Part shown: piece after piece, positions 12,450-24,002 of the stretch
Numbering within the stretch: the stretch's first letter is position 1
How the letters are laid out: the number at the start of each line of letters is the position of its first letter
Translations under genes and position numbers: made by a program
The notes under the pieces: model-generated
Databases searched by the model: none
What the model was told of the DNA's origin: nothing
What the model saw: the letters and a program-made list of their open reading frames with translations, nothing else
NCBI GenBank assembly: GCA_026025075.1
Contig: JAPEUI010000029.1
Coordinates: 1-64,000, forward strand
DNA from: Vezdaea acicularis
Lineage: Eukaryota
Reading direction: 5' to 3'
DNA length: 64,000 nucleotides

Positions 12450-13864
12450 ATGGCTTCTGAAAGGCTTGCCTCTATCTTTAACCACTTGAGCCCCACCAAG
12501 GGCGGCCTGTCTCACATGTAAACAAACCTTCCCCGCAGTCATGCACCCCTGGTGATCTGTAATAATCATTTCGTAGCACGCAGAAGAACCCTGACGATAT
12601 TGTGATCACCCTTGCGATTCGGACTCCCCTTACCAAGGGCGGTAAAGGAGGCTTAAAGGATACATCACTGGATTATATTATATACTCACTATTAAAACAA
12701 GTTATAGCAAAGTCAAGGCTGGACCCCCAGGTGATTGAGGATATCTGTATGGGAAATGTCAGCATATGGCTTCCAATCAATTGAAGCCAGAACGCTAAGA
12801 GCTTTCCTAGGTTAACGATGGGAAAGGCGCATATTATCTCAGGGCGGCCGCCATTGCTGCGGGGTTTCCCAATACTACCGCGGCATCCACTGTAAACCGC
12901 TTCTGCTCTTCTGGCTTAAAGGCTGTCCAAGACATCGCGAATCAAATCAGCAATGGTAGCATCGATATTGGATTGGCTATGGGTGCAGAATCAATGAGCA
13001 CAGTTGCTGATCGACTTGATCGTCCGTTCCATGAAGAAATCATGAAAACCCAAGAGGCCGCGGATTGCTTACAGCCAATGGGACAGACATCGGAGAACGT
13101 TGGTAACGACTTTGAAATTACGAGAGAAATGCAAGATAGATATGCCGCAGAGTCTTACCGGCGAGCTGAAGTGGCACAAAAGGCCGGGTGGTTTGATGAC
13201 GAGATTGTCCCAATAACGACCAAAGTTAAAGATCCCAGACCTGGGGATTTGAAGGTTGTCACTCTGACAAAAGATGAAGGCCCAAGATACGGAACTACCT
13301 TTGAAAGCTTAAGTAAGATACGGCCCGCCTTTTCTCAATATGGTGACAGGAGTACTGGCGGAAACTCAAGTCAGGTTACAGATGGGGGTAAGCTTCTCTC
13401 TTTCTTGCTATGAATTGTACCCTAACGCACAAGTAGCGGCTGCAATCTTGTTGATGAGACGCTCCCGAGCTCAGGAGCTCAATCAGCCAATCCTCGGAAA
13501 GTTCTGTGGTGCAACGGTCGCTGGAGTTGCTCCACGAATCATGGGTATCGGCCCTTCTATTGTTGTTCCCAAATTACTGAAAAAGTTCAACCTCTCTGTG
13601 GAAGATCTCGATATTATCGAATTGAACGAGGCATTTGCAAGTATGGCCGTATACTGTCTCAATGTACTTGGACTGGATCATTTGAAGGTGAATCCAAGAG
13701 GAGGTGCAATAGCCTTAGGTCATCCCCTCGGTGCAACTGGTGCAAGGCAAATTGTTACGGGTCTCAGTGAAGCGAGGCGGCAGAAGAAGAAGATATTGTT
13801 GACCACTATGTGTATAGGCACAGGTCAGGGCATGGCAGGGCTGTTCGTGAACGAGCATGTGTAA
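12450..13864 (+). CDS. Peroxisomal 3-ketoacyl-CoA thiolase (Pot1/Fox3 family, 4 exons)
   Basis: ATG 12450 with PTS2 RLASIFNHL; catalytic motifs VNRFCSSGL, ELNEAFA, GGAIALGHPLGATG, MCIGTGQG; introns 12518-12576, 12758-12810, 13388-13436. Confidence 0.95.
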
Positions 13865-14264
13865 TGTCGTGTTGATTCGCTGGCACCAGTGTTTTATGCA
13901 ACTACAGATACTGCTACACAGTACACTTGAAATTTGCAGGTTCGGAAGTCCAAACGTCCCCGAATGATGGATGTCCTTTTAACATGACAGAGTGAAGCGC
14001 TTTAGCGATCTCCCCATGCTCTCGAGTCATTTTACTTCTAAATCTACAATTCATGCGAGTTCGTAAACCAGCGACCGTATGCAGCTGAAGATGTCAGTAG
14101 AGGACAACCATGAGCAGTCAAGAGAGGAAATAGGCGGTTTGCTTTGAAGTAAATCGATAAGCTGAGGAGATCAAGGCTTCGTTAGCTGTCGGTACCTTGC
14201 TTCCAATCAGTACATCAAAGGTACCACGGAGCTTCTAGTATGTGTAAGAGTTTAAGTGCTTATG

Positions 14265-15020
14265 CTAGGCTTGAGCGAGTTCAATGGTAAAGAGCACTCG
14301 TTCATTTGTCTCAATCTCAAGGACATCGGCCCTGATGTGATTGCTCGTGCTGATTTGCTTGCCGATTTGAGTCTCCCAATCGTTAACGTCCCATTCTAGG
14401 CCTTTGGTGCTGATGACTGCTGGCGGTCCAAGTGGAATAATTCCAACGTTTTCTTTGAACACATCCTTTGGGGTAAGAACAAGGTTCTTGCCTCTTTCCA
14501 AGAAGAAGGAAACGCTCTCCTGTGATACTAAGAAAATCCTACCCCGACGAACTCCGTTGTCTTGTACCGTCTCATACATAGTGTGAAGTTGTGAAAAAGC
14601 TTGATCAACCCTTCCCCCAAGACCACCCAGGACAACAACGTTCAATGAATCATAACCGAGCTTTATACAGTGCTGCAAGATGTTGCGTAAACATTTTGTA
14701 AAGTCAGTCGAGTATTGATCTGAATCTTGTATAATCTCTACCCCGCGTTTTTCATAATGGTCGCGAACTTCATCATCTATGGAATCCAGATCTCCGCAGA
14801 TACAGTCTAGAGAGACTTGTTCAGGGAAGGCGGCATACAACCGATTTGCACCACCGTCCGCAGCTATTATGTATTCTGCTCTAGTAACGAGAGACTTTAA
14901 CAGTGATAAACTGCTAATCGGTTGATTAAGGATTAGAAGGGCAAAATCATCACCTGTAATTGGTAAATTGGAGGAGAGGACATCACCGGGGCGCCATATC
15001 GTAGTAGGACCTTCAGACAT
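14265..15020 (-). CDS. THI80: Thiamine pyrophosphokinase
   Basis: ALLILNQP, AADGGANRL, GDLDSI, DQYSTDFTKC, GGLGGRVDQ, TKGLEWDV, QISTSNH motifs; first ATG at 15020 (MSEGP). Confidence 0.95.
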   Translation of the reverse strand: MSEGPTTIWRPGDVLSSNLPITGDDFALLILNQPISSLSLLKSLVTRAEYIIAADGGANRLYAAFPEQVSLDCICGDLDSIDDEVRDHYEKRGVEIIQDSDQYSTDFTKCLRNILQHCIKLGYDSLNVVVLGGLGGRVDQAFSQLHTMYETVQDNGVRRGRIFLVSQESVSFFLERGKNLVLTPKDVFKENVGIIPLGPPAVISTKGLEWDVNDWETQIGKQISTSNHIRADVLEIETNERVLFTIELAQA

Positions 15021-15819
15021 GTTTCTTTGTGGCGGTTTTCTGTTTGCTGAGAAGCGAATGAGCAAATCCTTTGGGAACGTCTGCCGAGTGGCTGTAGCTG
15101 TTGTATTATTTGGGCAGTAATCCGCCCGCGCCTCCCGCTTAATAGCGTAGATGTAACAGACGTCAAGGAAAATGCTTATGCGCTCTGACTGGAATTATCC
15201 AAAGTCCCTTGTCCTTGCTTAAGATTGTAGCAATCTTAACACCTCTCACTGTTCCCACGCGATCATGTTCAACCCCGGGATGTAGGTTCTACCCACCCAA
15301 CACACGACCAATTTCCGACTGGCACTATGCTATACTCTTTGGGCGTATGATCATTCCTGGTCTCAAATAGCAGGCACTGGAAATGCGTGGTCATTCTTGC
15401 TCACTAGCAGCGTATATACCGGGATGTGATACAACAAACGTGGGGCAACGTTCTTCCCACTAATATAGAGTTGGAGTTAACTCTGATGGCCTATGTGGAG
15501 CTAATTGAAACAAGTTTGGTCTATTGTAGCGGCGCTTCTTGATGGTACGAAGCCCTATAGCTTGCCCGAATTGGAGATATAAAATACCCTTTTGAAATCA
15601 AGGCCGAAATCATGACCCATTGCCGCTGGAGGACATCGTAAGGGACCGCCTTCTATCTTAGGGCCAACCAACGCATCGAACTCCATGGTATCGTCTTTCA
15701 TTTACTCCGCGATACTACTTCTTTGTTGCTCCTGTCTTTATACCCCACCCCAAGAGCTTAGCGTTCTAACATGCATCAAAATTTTCTTCGATACAAGTTC
15801 CTACGTCAACTAGGGTCAA

Positions 15820-16327
15820 CTAGGTCCTTTGGTCTTTCTTCGGCTCTTCACGTTGAGTCATGCCCTTTTTGACATCCAGACTGGTAGGCTTATCCTCGAA
15901 GTCAAGCATGCAAATATCGGGGTTATGATAAGTAGAAAAAGTCTTTCGCATTATCATAGACTCCATTACTTGTAGTCGTGCTTCACGATCAGCTAGTTCC
16001 CTTTTCATTTCATACAGTTCTTGATTTGCATCATCTAGAGATGCCTGGAGCTGAGCGATATGCTGGTGCAGTCGAAAGTCAGACGATTTTGATTGTGCTG
16101 ACTCTTGATAATGTTTAGCCAAAGGAATAGAATATCTCGGTACCAATGAAGGCTTTAAGCTTACTGTTAGCACTATTGAGTTCATCTTCTGGTATCATGA
16201 TGAGGTCTGTAATATCAGCAGGCTTCATACGATCTTGAATGTATTCAAGTATCGAAGAGAAAGCAACTGCAGCTCCAATGTTCCCTTCGGGGCTGAGAAG
16301 TAGTTTTTCGAAAGAGCTCCCTGTCAT
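15820..16327 (-). CDS. Small hypothetical coiled-coil protein (2 exons), possibly a truncated or decaying gene
   Basis: Two overlapping ORFs are joined in frame by intron 16164-16104 (GTAAGC..GCTAAAC..AAG; alternative CAG at 16098); heptad-like segment HIAQLQASLDDANQELYEMKRELADREARLQ; no family recognised. Confidence 0.5.
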
Positions 16328-16822
16328 GATCTCGGCGAAAACAACAAGATCGATAAGGGGGAAAGTGTTATGGCTATGGAGTCAGTCAAGAGTTTTAGAG
16401 GGGCTGTAGAAATACGTACGAAGGCCTTGTTCTATCTGGGAGAATCATCGGCTGAGCCTTGGATTCCATCCTAATGGAGGCTCAACGTTGGTGCTTAGTC
16501 GTCAATTGCAAAGTCAGTCTCGACTGCACGGCTTAGAAGCAAGCGAACTTCGTAATTTTTCGGTGAGGTTGGTTGCAAGCTGAAGACACCACAAAGTTAT
16601 TCACTACTCACTTGTCTTATAGATCTGCTCCAGAGCCAAACATCCTAAACCAGGTCACAGCAGCGATCAACTCCCGTTCGAGACAGGCTTCCACCGACCC
16701 GAGCGCCCCCCACCGCGAGCGCCTATATAGATCTCCTTATTAAGGGGTCGTTCGGTTCACTCTGAAAGCACGCCAGCGAGAACTTCTACACAGTGCTCGC
16801 CTTGCCAGTGTGCAACGTGAAA

Positions 16823-18842
16823 ATGGCCGAGAATGCACATTCTCGAGGTGCTAGGTCTAAAAGGTTGAAAAAAGGGCCTTCTGGGCTAAAGCATTCTGTC
16901 ACCCCCGATTCTGAGGAAGGTCGGTCGTTTGCTTTCGGTCTTACGCCACGAAAAGCAAAAGTCGATCCTTATGATCCTGCGCAGTTTCGTCCCTCAAATG
17001 AATTCAATCAACTGAAAAACAAAGAGGATGCACAAGATGGCGGGGGTATCACAACTATCGACTTCGACAAGAAAACACGCAATTATGATAGGCAATGGCA
17101 CTCCGAGAAGCAAAAGAGTCTAGAATATGGCGGATCTTCGCGAGCCTCAAGTGTAAGTCTTGGCCCAATGGCCATGCTTACATTAGATTCCGCCGAGGCT
17201 TCAGCAGCAGAATCTATGGCTGGATCACGTTACAGCTCCTCTACTGGTCCAGCCAGCATTTCGTCTCCTTCCGTTGATTACAACATTGACGAGACTTTTG
17301 AGAACCCCGATATAGACGTAGATGACGATATCAGGTCTCAATTCAGACCTATCCAACACCTACTTCAGGAAAATGCAGCCCCAAAGTCGGTCGCTGAAGT
17401 GCGCAATCGAGGTATCGGGGTTGGAAAAGCATCAGCTGGCATCAAGAACGTCATTGGTGGAAGAAGTGTGTCACCCATATTCCTACCGGTTACTAGTACA
17501 CTGACAATATGACTCCCCCTTAGTTGTTAACACCGTTGTGCCAAGGTATGACGCTCGAGGCGAACTACAGGACCGACATGGCAATTACATCTCAGCAAAT
17601 CTTGGGCCTATGAAAAAACATCTAGTAGAAGATCGTGCGAGGTTGATAGAGGAGCGAGACAATCAAATGGTTCGAGCAACAATAGAGAAGCGTAAATGGG
17701 AGGCGATGAACGAAGAAGAAAGAGCTGCTGAGATGGAGAAAAAGCGAGTACGAACAGAATCATTTTCAATTGAAGGTGTAGATATTTTCGAGTACTCGGC
17801 CATTCCAGAGGTGTATCTTCGAAAAGTCAAGAGTAGTCGTCGATTCAATAACCTTACAAGGAGCAATACTAGCGATGGCGATTCTTTAATCGTTGCTAAA
17901 CATGGTGATAGAACGATACCAAAGGAAACCGCTCAATCATCCGGCGGAATATCACCAGCTTCCAAGTCTTCGACCTTCCTTGATACCCAGTCTACAATAC
18001 GTGGAATCAATTGGACATCTGCATCCGCCATCAGATCAAAAACGATGTCTGTCAGTATGCCTTCCGAAGCTTCAGAAACTGCGTCAACTGTGGAAGAACC
18101 GGCCCCAGAGCTCGCAAAGATACTTGACATCGACCTCGACGTTACTGCCTCGGAGCAGGAGCCTGAATTGGGTGAGTTATGGCAGATAACAAAAGAACAG
18201 AGCAAAATTCGTGGACGTGTCGTTGCGGTAACTCTTCATCAACCAGTTCAGTTCACAAGGAGAATTGTAATAGAAAGAGTGTTTGGTGGCGTGATTCAAG
18301 AGGTTCAGTTCTTCCCTCGTGAAAGGATTGCTCTAGTGGTGTTCTTATACCCAGCCGACGCCGAGAACTTTATCGAGCATATTAGGACTATCAAAAGAGA
18401 TGATCGACAAGCGTATCGTCAACTACAGATTGATGCAGAGTGGTACGGCGGTACCGAGCTCACGGCAATTTATCCAATGCAGAAAACCACCCTGGCAGCA
18501 GCACTGAAGAAAGCAAGCAGGGTGCTTTGTCTCCTGCGAATTGCCCCCAGTAAATCTACCGCAACGATCTCCCGAGAGCTTCAATTTTATCTTGAGCTAG
18601 CCCCGGTCAAGATTGCAGTTATCACGCCCCAAGACCGATTTGTCCATCAACGCGACGGTAAATACGCTGTTCTAGAATTCGCATCTATCAAGGACGCTGT
18701 CAAAGGTTATCGTCTCTTCCAAGACAATGCACCTTTTCAATACGAGCAGTGCGAACTCATGTGGTTATCAGACCCATGTGAAAGGACGGCGGAAAAGATC
18801 AGCAAATGCCGGTGCGGGAACTGCCGGAGTCTCACAGACTAA
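16823..18842 (+). CDS. Putative RNA-binding protein with two degenerate C-terminal RRM-like domains (2 exons)
   Basis: ATG 16823; intron 17466-17523 (GTGTGT..CTGAC..TAG); VFGGVIQEV...IALVVFLYPADAENF and ASRVLCL...YAVLEFASIKDAVK...WLSDPCER resemble fungal RRM-DPC proteins; low-complexity N-terminus. Confidence 0.7.
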
Positions 18843-19646
18843 GATTCAAGATCTTAATCCTAGAGAGCTTCACTATCGGCTTGGGAATGGCGGCCATGCG
18901 ATGAACAAGCATAATAAAACTGAACAATCTTTGCTTGTTACAAGGTCTTTCGGCTGCTCTTCGGAAAGACTACAGTCCAAAATTCAACACTCCCGATCTC
19001 AAGTTGCTAAATGGATATTTTCAGTTTAGATAGCTTAAAATGAAATTTGCACTAAGTCCAATAGCACCACCTGTTACATTGCCTAGTGAAACAATCTAAC
19101 AACGGGAAGAATCAATGGCTAATTGCCAAGCTCTCTTCTTCCACCAACCTTCTTCCTGTGTATCACATTTTTGCCTCTTCAACAGCATATCGCTTCATGT
19201 CCATACGTTAGGAGTAACTCTGATTTGCCTAGCTTAACCGTTAATCCCTGTAAAGCAAATTCTTATACTGCGCTCCCCTTGACATCATCTCTCAAAGTTT
19301 TCTTGTTCACATCCACTGGCAGTGTAGCTTTCCTTAGCGGGAAGCGTTTAGAGATTTAAATTTTGGGGCCTCAGGATATAGTGGAGTTGCGCCTTTTGAA
19401 AAATTGAGGGGGGTGGAATCGGCTTGATTAGCGCTATTCAAGCGAGAAAACAAGGCAGGAGACTGACCTCATCTGTCCCAAGGCCAGCTGCGACCACCAC
19501 TTTTTCGCCTTTGGTAAATTTCATATCGTCATATCATTTACGCAGTTTCCAAACTAATCACCACCTTCACCGTACGACAGACACCTCATCCAGCCGCATT
19601 CTACTTCACGAAATACATAAACGGGACGAGGAGGTTACCGTCAACA

Positions 19647-20847
19647 ATGGCACCGCCTCCAGCATCTGGGACGGTATCGCAGCGATTGTTAGCTCTGGCC
19701 CAAACCTTACAGTTCGGGTGGTTTGTGGGGTATGGCCCCTCTATTCACGTTCCCCACTAGAATCCTTACCCACGGGCGTCAAATGCTCGATTTCCCATTT
19801 TATAGGCAACCTCTAGCCTATGTGGTTGACTATCTTGAGCTTCCTTACGAGCACGTGTAATACTACGGAAGCGTAACGCTAATCAGCCTTTGGTAGGCAT
19901 TTGACTCTACTCATATCAACTCTACGATATGGCCTTTCATATATCACCTTTAACTGGAATTCGAATTGGGCAGCTTTCAGCTACCGAACTGCCTTTGTGG
20001 CTGCCGCAGCGACTTACGGCATTGTGGTCTTCAAAGCTTTCCGAGCGCATGCCCGCGCGCAAAGCAGTCCACTTGCTCTAGCAGGCGATGAGAATGTCCA
20101 ATATCTAGGTATGTAGCATTAAACCTCTCAGAATCCGGTGAGAAGGCACTTTTAAGAGAGTTATGGAGTGAAGAATGTCGAGTGAACCGATGGTGCCTGA
20201 TCACTCGATGCCCTTTAGCCTCATGTACTGCAGGCGGAGTGTTTTTGGCGTAGACAGAATACGTGTCACAGATCACCCTAGCTAACACAATTCTAGCCAT
20301 GGCACTCGTTTGGTTGTTTGCTCGACAGGTCCCACTCGCAGTCCTGCCTTTCACCGTCTACTCCGTGTTTCACGTAGCTAGTTACACACGTCAGAATATT
20401 CTTCCTATTCTTCAACCCGCAGCACCCTCACCAGCGGGTACTTCACCTAGCGCTCGGCCACCTACGAAACCATCACCATTTTCAGACTCCATCAAGTCAT
20501 TTGTGTCGAGCTATTATAAACCGAGCATGAAACTAGTTGCAATTCTGGAAATCGCTTTGTGGTTTCGCGTCTTCTTCTCTGCTCTCACCTTCACTAAGGG
20601 GTCCTGGATTCTGTTGTTTATTTATAGTGCTTTCCTAAGGGCTAGGTTTTCTCAGAGTGAGCATGTCGAGGGAATGTTCAGACACCTCACTGCTCGTGTT
20701 GACTCGGCTCTTGCCAATCAAAATACTCCACCGGCTGCAAGGCAAGGATGGGAAGCGGTCAAGGGTGGGCTCGGGCAATTTGCAGAGATTACCGACCTTA
20801 AGAAGTACATCAGCGGAGCACCTACACAACCAAAGAAAGCCCAATAA
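19647..20847 (+). CDS. POM33: Pom33/Tts1 (TMEM33, UPF0121) ER and nuclear-pore membrane protein (3 exons)
   Basis: MAPPP..RLLALAQTLQFGWFVGH, DENVQYLAMALVWL, LPFTVYSVFHVASYTR, FLRARFSQS; introns 19730-19896 and 20109-20296 restore frame. Confidence 0.9.
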
Positions 20848-21293
20848 ACCAACTAAGCCCCTACTTTGGATCCAGGAATACCTCTTTTGGACGAATGGGA
20901 GAAATCTCAACCGTAGGTACACCAAATTATGGAAGTTAAGGGTGGAGGCGCACATCGAGGTGCAACTAGTTAGTCACAACATTATTGGGGCGTTTCGAGA
21001 GAGGTGTGAGCAAGTTGATACAGCGAAAGGGGAGGGGTCGAACCTCGTTATAATTCTAACATCCAGCGATATTATATTGCAATTTGTACACCTTCGACTT
21101 GCGCCTTTGTTATAGATCACACTCCTGAGTGAGAGAGCCAATCTAAAGTCTACCAAAGTCACATCACCCATTTCATCGTATAACAGAAAGGTCTAGAAAG
21201 ATTTCTTAATACACCAGACTGCAAGACAATTCCTACCATTTTCAGCACTCAATCCCCTGATATGGTCAGCCAAGACGCCAGCAGAAAGCACCC

Positions 21294-22265
21294 TTACAAA
21301 TCCTCGTAACTGGACATGTTTTCAACATCTGGCCCAAAAAATCGCTTGAACGTATCGATCATCACAGCCTCGTCCAATTGCATGTGTCCTCCCTTCATCT
21401 TTAAAAACTCCAACGCTCCCCTATCATCTAGCTCCTTCAATCCTAACCAATCATCTTTGTATAACTCTCTATTCCGCAACCACGTGATTTCCCGTTTCGT
21501 GCCATCTGTCTCGTTCACTTCTGCAAACCAGCTACTCTCTTTTGGAAAGACTGTCTGATCTTCCTCGAACATGTACATCACAAACCATTTAAGCTTCGCT
21601 AGATTCTTCTTATACGTCTCATTCCTCTGCTTAGACCTCTCATTGTTGATGTCTGCAAGAAAGTTCGAAGCTTCCAAATACTCCTCTATCTGCTCAGGGT
21701 CACGAAAGTACTGTGCAGGTACAACTCTAGACTGTATGAATTCAGTCCATGTATTGCCCCGCAACAGCCCGTTCGCCGCCTGGCATATCCAATCCGTCTC
21801 GGCGCACTTCTGAAATCGGCTTATCCCGTTATGCTGACTGCCAAAGGTAACAAGCGAACGTACAGGTGGTGTGTTACAGCGTTCGATGTATCCACGAAGG
21901 AACTGCCCGCCTTGAGAGAAGCCGAGCGCATTGATGCCGGGAGCGGTGGACAGAATGGGGTGAGTGGCAATGTCCTCGCAAACTTGAGCTATCTGAAGAG
22001 TAAGGTTGCCAAAGAAAGTTGCAGTACGGTCGCTGGAGCTATCATTGGAAAGGCGTATGACGTAGACATATGTTCCGGGATTCACTTCTTGCGCAAGTGA
22101 AGCTACGTCTTTGACTCCATCGGCGTCATATGTATCGCCAAGGCCATGCCAGATGATTAGCGGAAGAGGTATGGGAGCAGGAATGGGTCCGGCTATTGAG
22201 AAGCAACATATACTTTGAGCAAACCTCAGAGCCAGGACAAGCAAAAAAGGAGAGATGAGATACAT
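21294..22265 (-). CDS. Palmitoyl-protein thioesterase (PPT1 family)
   Basis: Signal-peptide-like N-terminus, PLIIWHGLGD, nucleophile GFSQGGQFLRGYIERCN, VPAQYFRDP, FLADINNER, GGHMQ; C-terminus YEDL. Confidence 0.95.
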   Translation of the reverse strand: MYLISPFLLVLALRFAQSICCFSIAGPIPAPIPLPLIIWHGLGDTYDADGVKDVASLAQEVNPGTYVYVIRLSNDSSSDRTATFFGNLTLQIAQVCEDIATHPILSTAPGINALGFSQGGQFLRGYIERCNTPPVRSLVTFGSQHNGISRFQKCAETDWICQAANGLLRGNTWTEFIQSRVVPAQYFRDPEQIEEYLEASNFLADINNERSKQRNETYKKNLAKLKWFVMYMFEEDQTVFPKESSWFAEVNETDGTKREITWLRNRELYKDDWLGLKELDDRGALEFLKMKGGHMQLDEAVMIDTFKRFFGPDVENMSSYEDL

Positions 22266-22620
22266 CGTGCGCTCTTCGTTCAAGTGTAGTGACGACAATG
22301 GGCAGAAGCAGTCAGGGAAAGCTTGGATTGACGATTAGTCAGCCACTTCGGCGCTTGTTGTCGTGACGACGCGGTGGATGAAAACAATGGGGTATATAAA
22401 CCCTCGGCTCGATAGCTTAGATTTCGTCGGAATATGGTTGTTTAAGGGGCCTCGTGGGATACTCTCTGATGCGTTATGGTATGTGAGACGCTACGGCGAC
22501 TGTAGGCTGTACAGTTTATGGGTCTCCATGATAAACATGATCGGCGTCTTCCCACCGGCTGACCTTTCTTCTGCAAATATTTTCTTAGACCTGTCATCCA
22601 CGAACGTGACCAACCGTTAA

Positions 22621-24002
22621 ATGACTGACTCGAAAGGTAACCGCGTGGGCCCTCACCCATCTTTTATCAAAGTAGCGCAGCCATATATATTCGAAGATGA
22701 TATCCAAAAATCCATTTCCGCCACTGGCGTAAGCCCTTCCAAGGAGGACAGCATACGTTTGCTAGGTGTGGCTTGGATAGACAATGTGCGAAGGGCTCTA
22801 CAGCTGTACGTCTTTTATGAAAATTATCTATATACTCTCATTACTTACATACCTTCTGGCATGTCAGCCCAGTCAAAACTTTTACTACTGCCGTGGTCTA
22901 CTATCACAAGTTCCGCCTAGTTCACTCAGATAATGAATACAATTATGTCGTACGTATCATGGAGTATGACAAGCCTCCATAACTGACAGGTCAAGGATGC
23001 CGCTGCCGCCGCACTTTTTACCGCTTGCAAGATTGAGGACACGCTCAAGAAATCTAAAGAGATTCTTTGTGCCGCTGATAATCTCAAATATCCTCCAGCA
23101 GAGCATCTTACTCCAGATGATCCTGTAAGTTCCAGAAAGGATGGCGTTGGGCGCTTTAGGGTAATCACTAATCTAGGAAGTAGAAGTTTGAAGCTCATTC
23201 TAAGGCAATTATTGGGCTAGAGAGGCTCATGCTTGAAGCTTCGGGTTTCGACTTTCGCAGTCGGCAGCCCCAAAAACATGTCATCAAGCTTGCAAAGCTC
23301 CACAATGTTGACAAAGACAGTGTTGGTAAGAAGGCATGGAATGTGTCTCTTGATTTATATCGTACATTTGCGCCACTGAAACAAACTACATACACCATGG
23401 CCATGGCCTCCCTAGAACTTGCTATGCGTCTTTGTGATAAGGATACCGAGGGAGTGGAAAGCGATTTAGTTGTCAGTCCTGGGAAGTGGTGTTCCACACG
23501 TGAAGAAGTCATGGGTAGGAACTTTCTCCGCGCTTCTCCGAGTAAAGTTGGAATTCATCTAAATGCGAGATTAGAAACCCTACTCGACCTACTCGATCTG
23601 TACAACAATCATCGCGGTTCGACCATTGTAGGCCAAGAGCACCCTCTAGATTCCTTCATCAATATTCGTATTGCACTCAACAATGAAGTGTCCTCCAAAC
23701 ACTACCCACGCTACATGAGAAGACATGAGAAAAGCTCCAACGGAACAACTATCAACAACAATATATTACCGACCAATAAGGATAGCTATTTTAACAGGAC
23801 ACAAACATCACCCTCATCCACGAATTCACCAAGCACGCCCCTGGATAATCGAGCTCGAGTAGGGGAGCGAGATCGCGAAGGGACCGTGCGCTTCATGCTT
23901 GATGCTAGCCATGCTAGGAGCGAGAGATCAACCGTGGACGCGTTCTTCAAGTACGACGAAGAAGAGTACGAGGTTGAGGATGAGCTACCTAGCAGTAGTT
24001 AG
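22621..24002 (+). CDS. CTK2: RNA polymerase II CTD kinase cyclin subunit (Ctk2/cyclin K-like, 5 exons)
   Basis: GPHPSFIKVAQPYIFE, GVAWIDNVRRALQLP, TAVVYYHKFRL, ALFTACKIEDTLKKSKEIL, GLERLMLEASGFDFR, DLYRTFAPLKQ, GTVRFMLD; introns 22806-22867, 22951-22997, 23125-23182, 23515-23574. Confidence 0.9.

Noticed and set aside
15021..15800. TPP riboswitch upstream of THI80
   Set aside because: No CUGAGA plus GAU..AAU..CAGCG aptamer arrangement and no host intron seen; known fungal TPP riboswitches are in NMT1/THI4-type and transporter genes
21025..21060. tRNA-like GGTTCGACCCC T-loop on the minus strand
   Set aside because: No matching acceptor stem, D arm or anticodon arm
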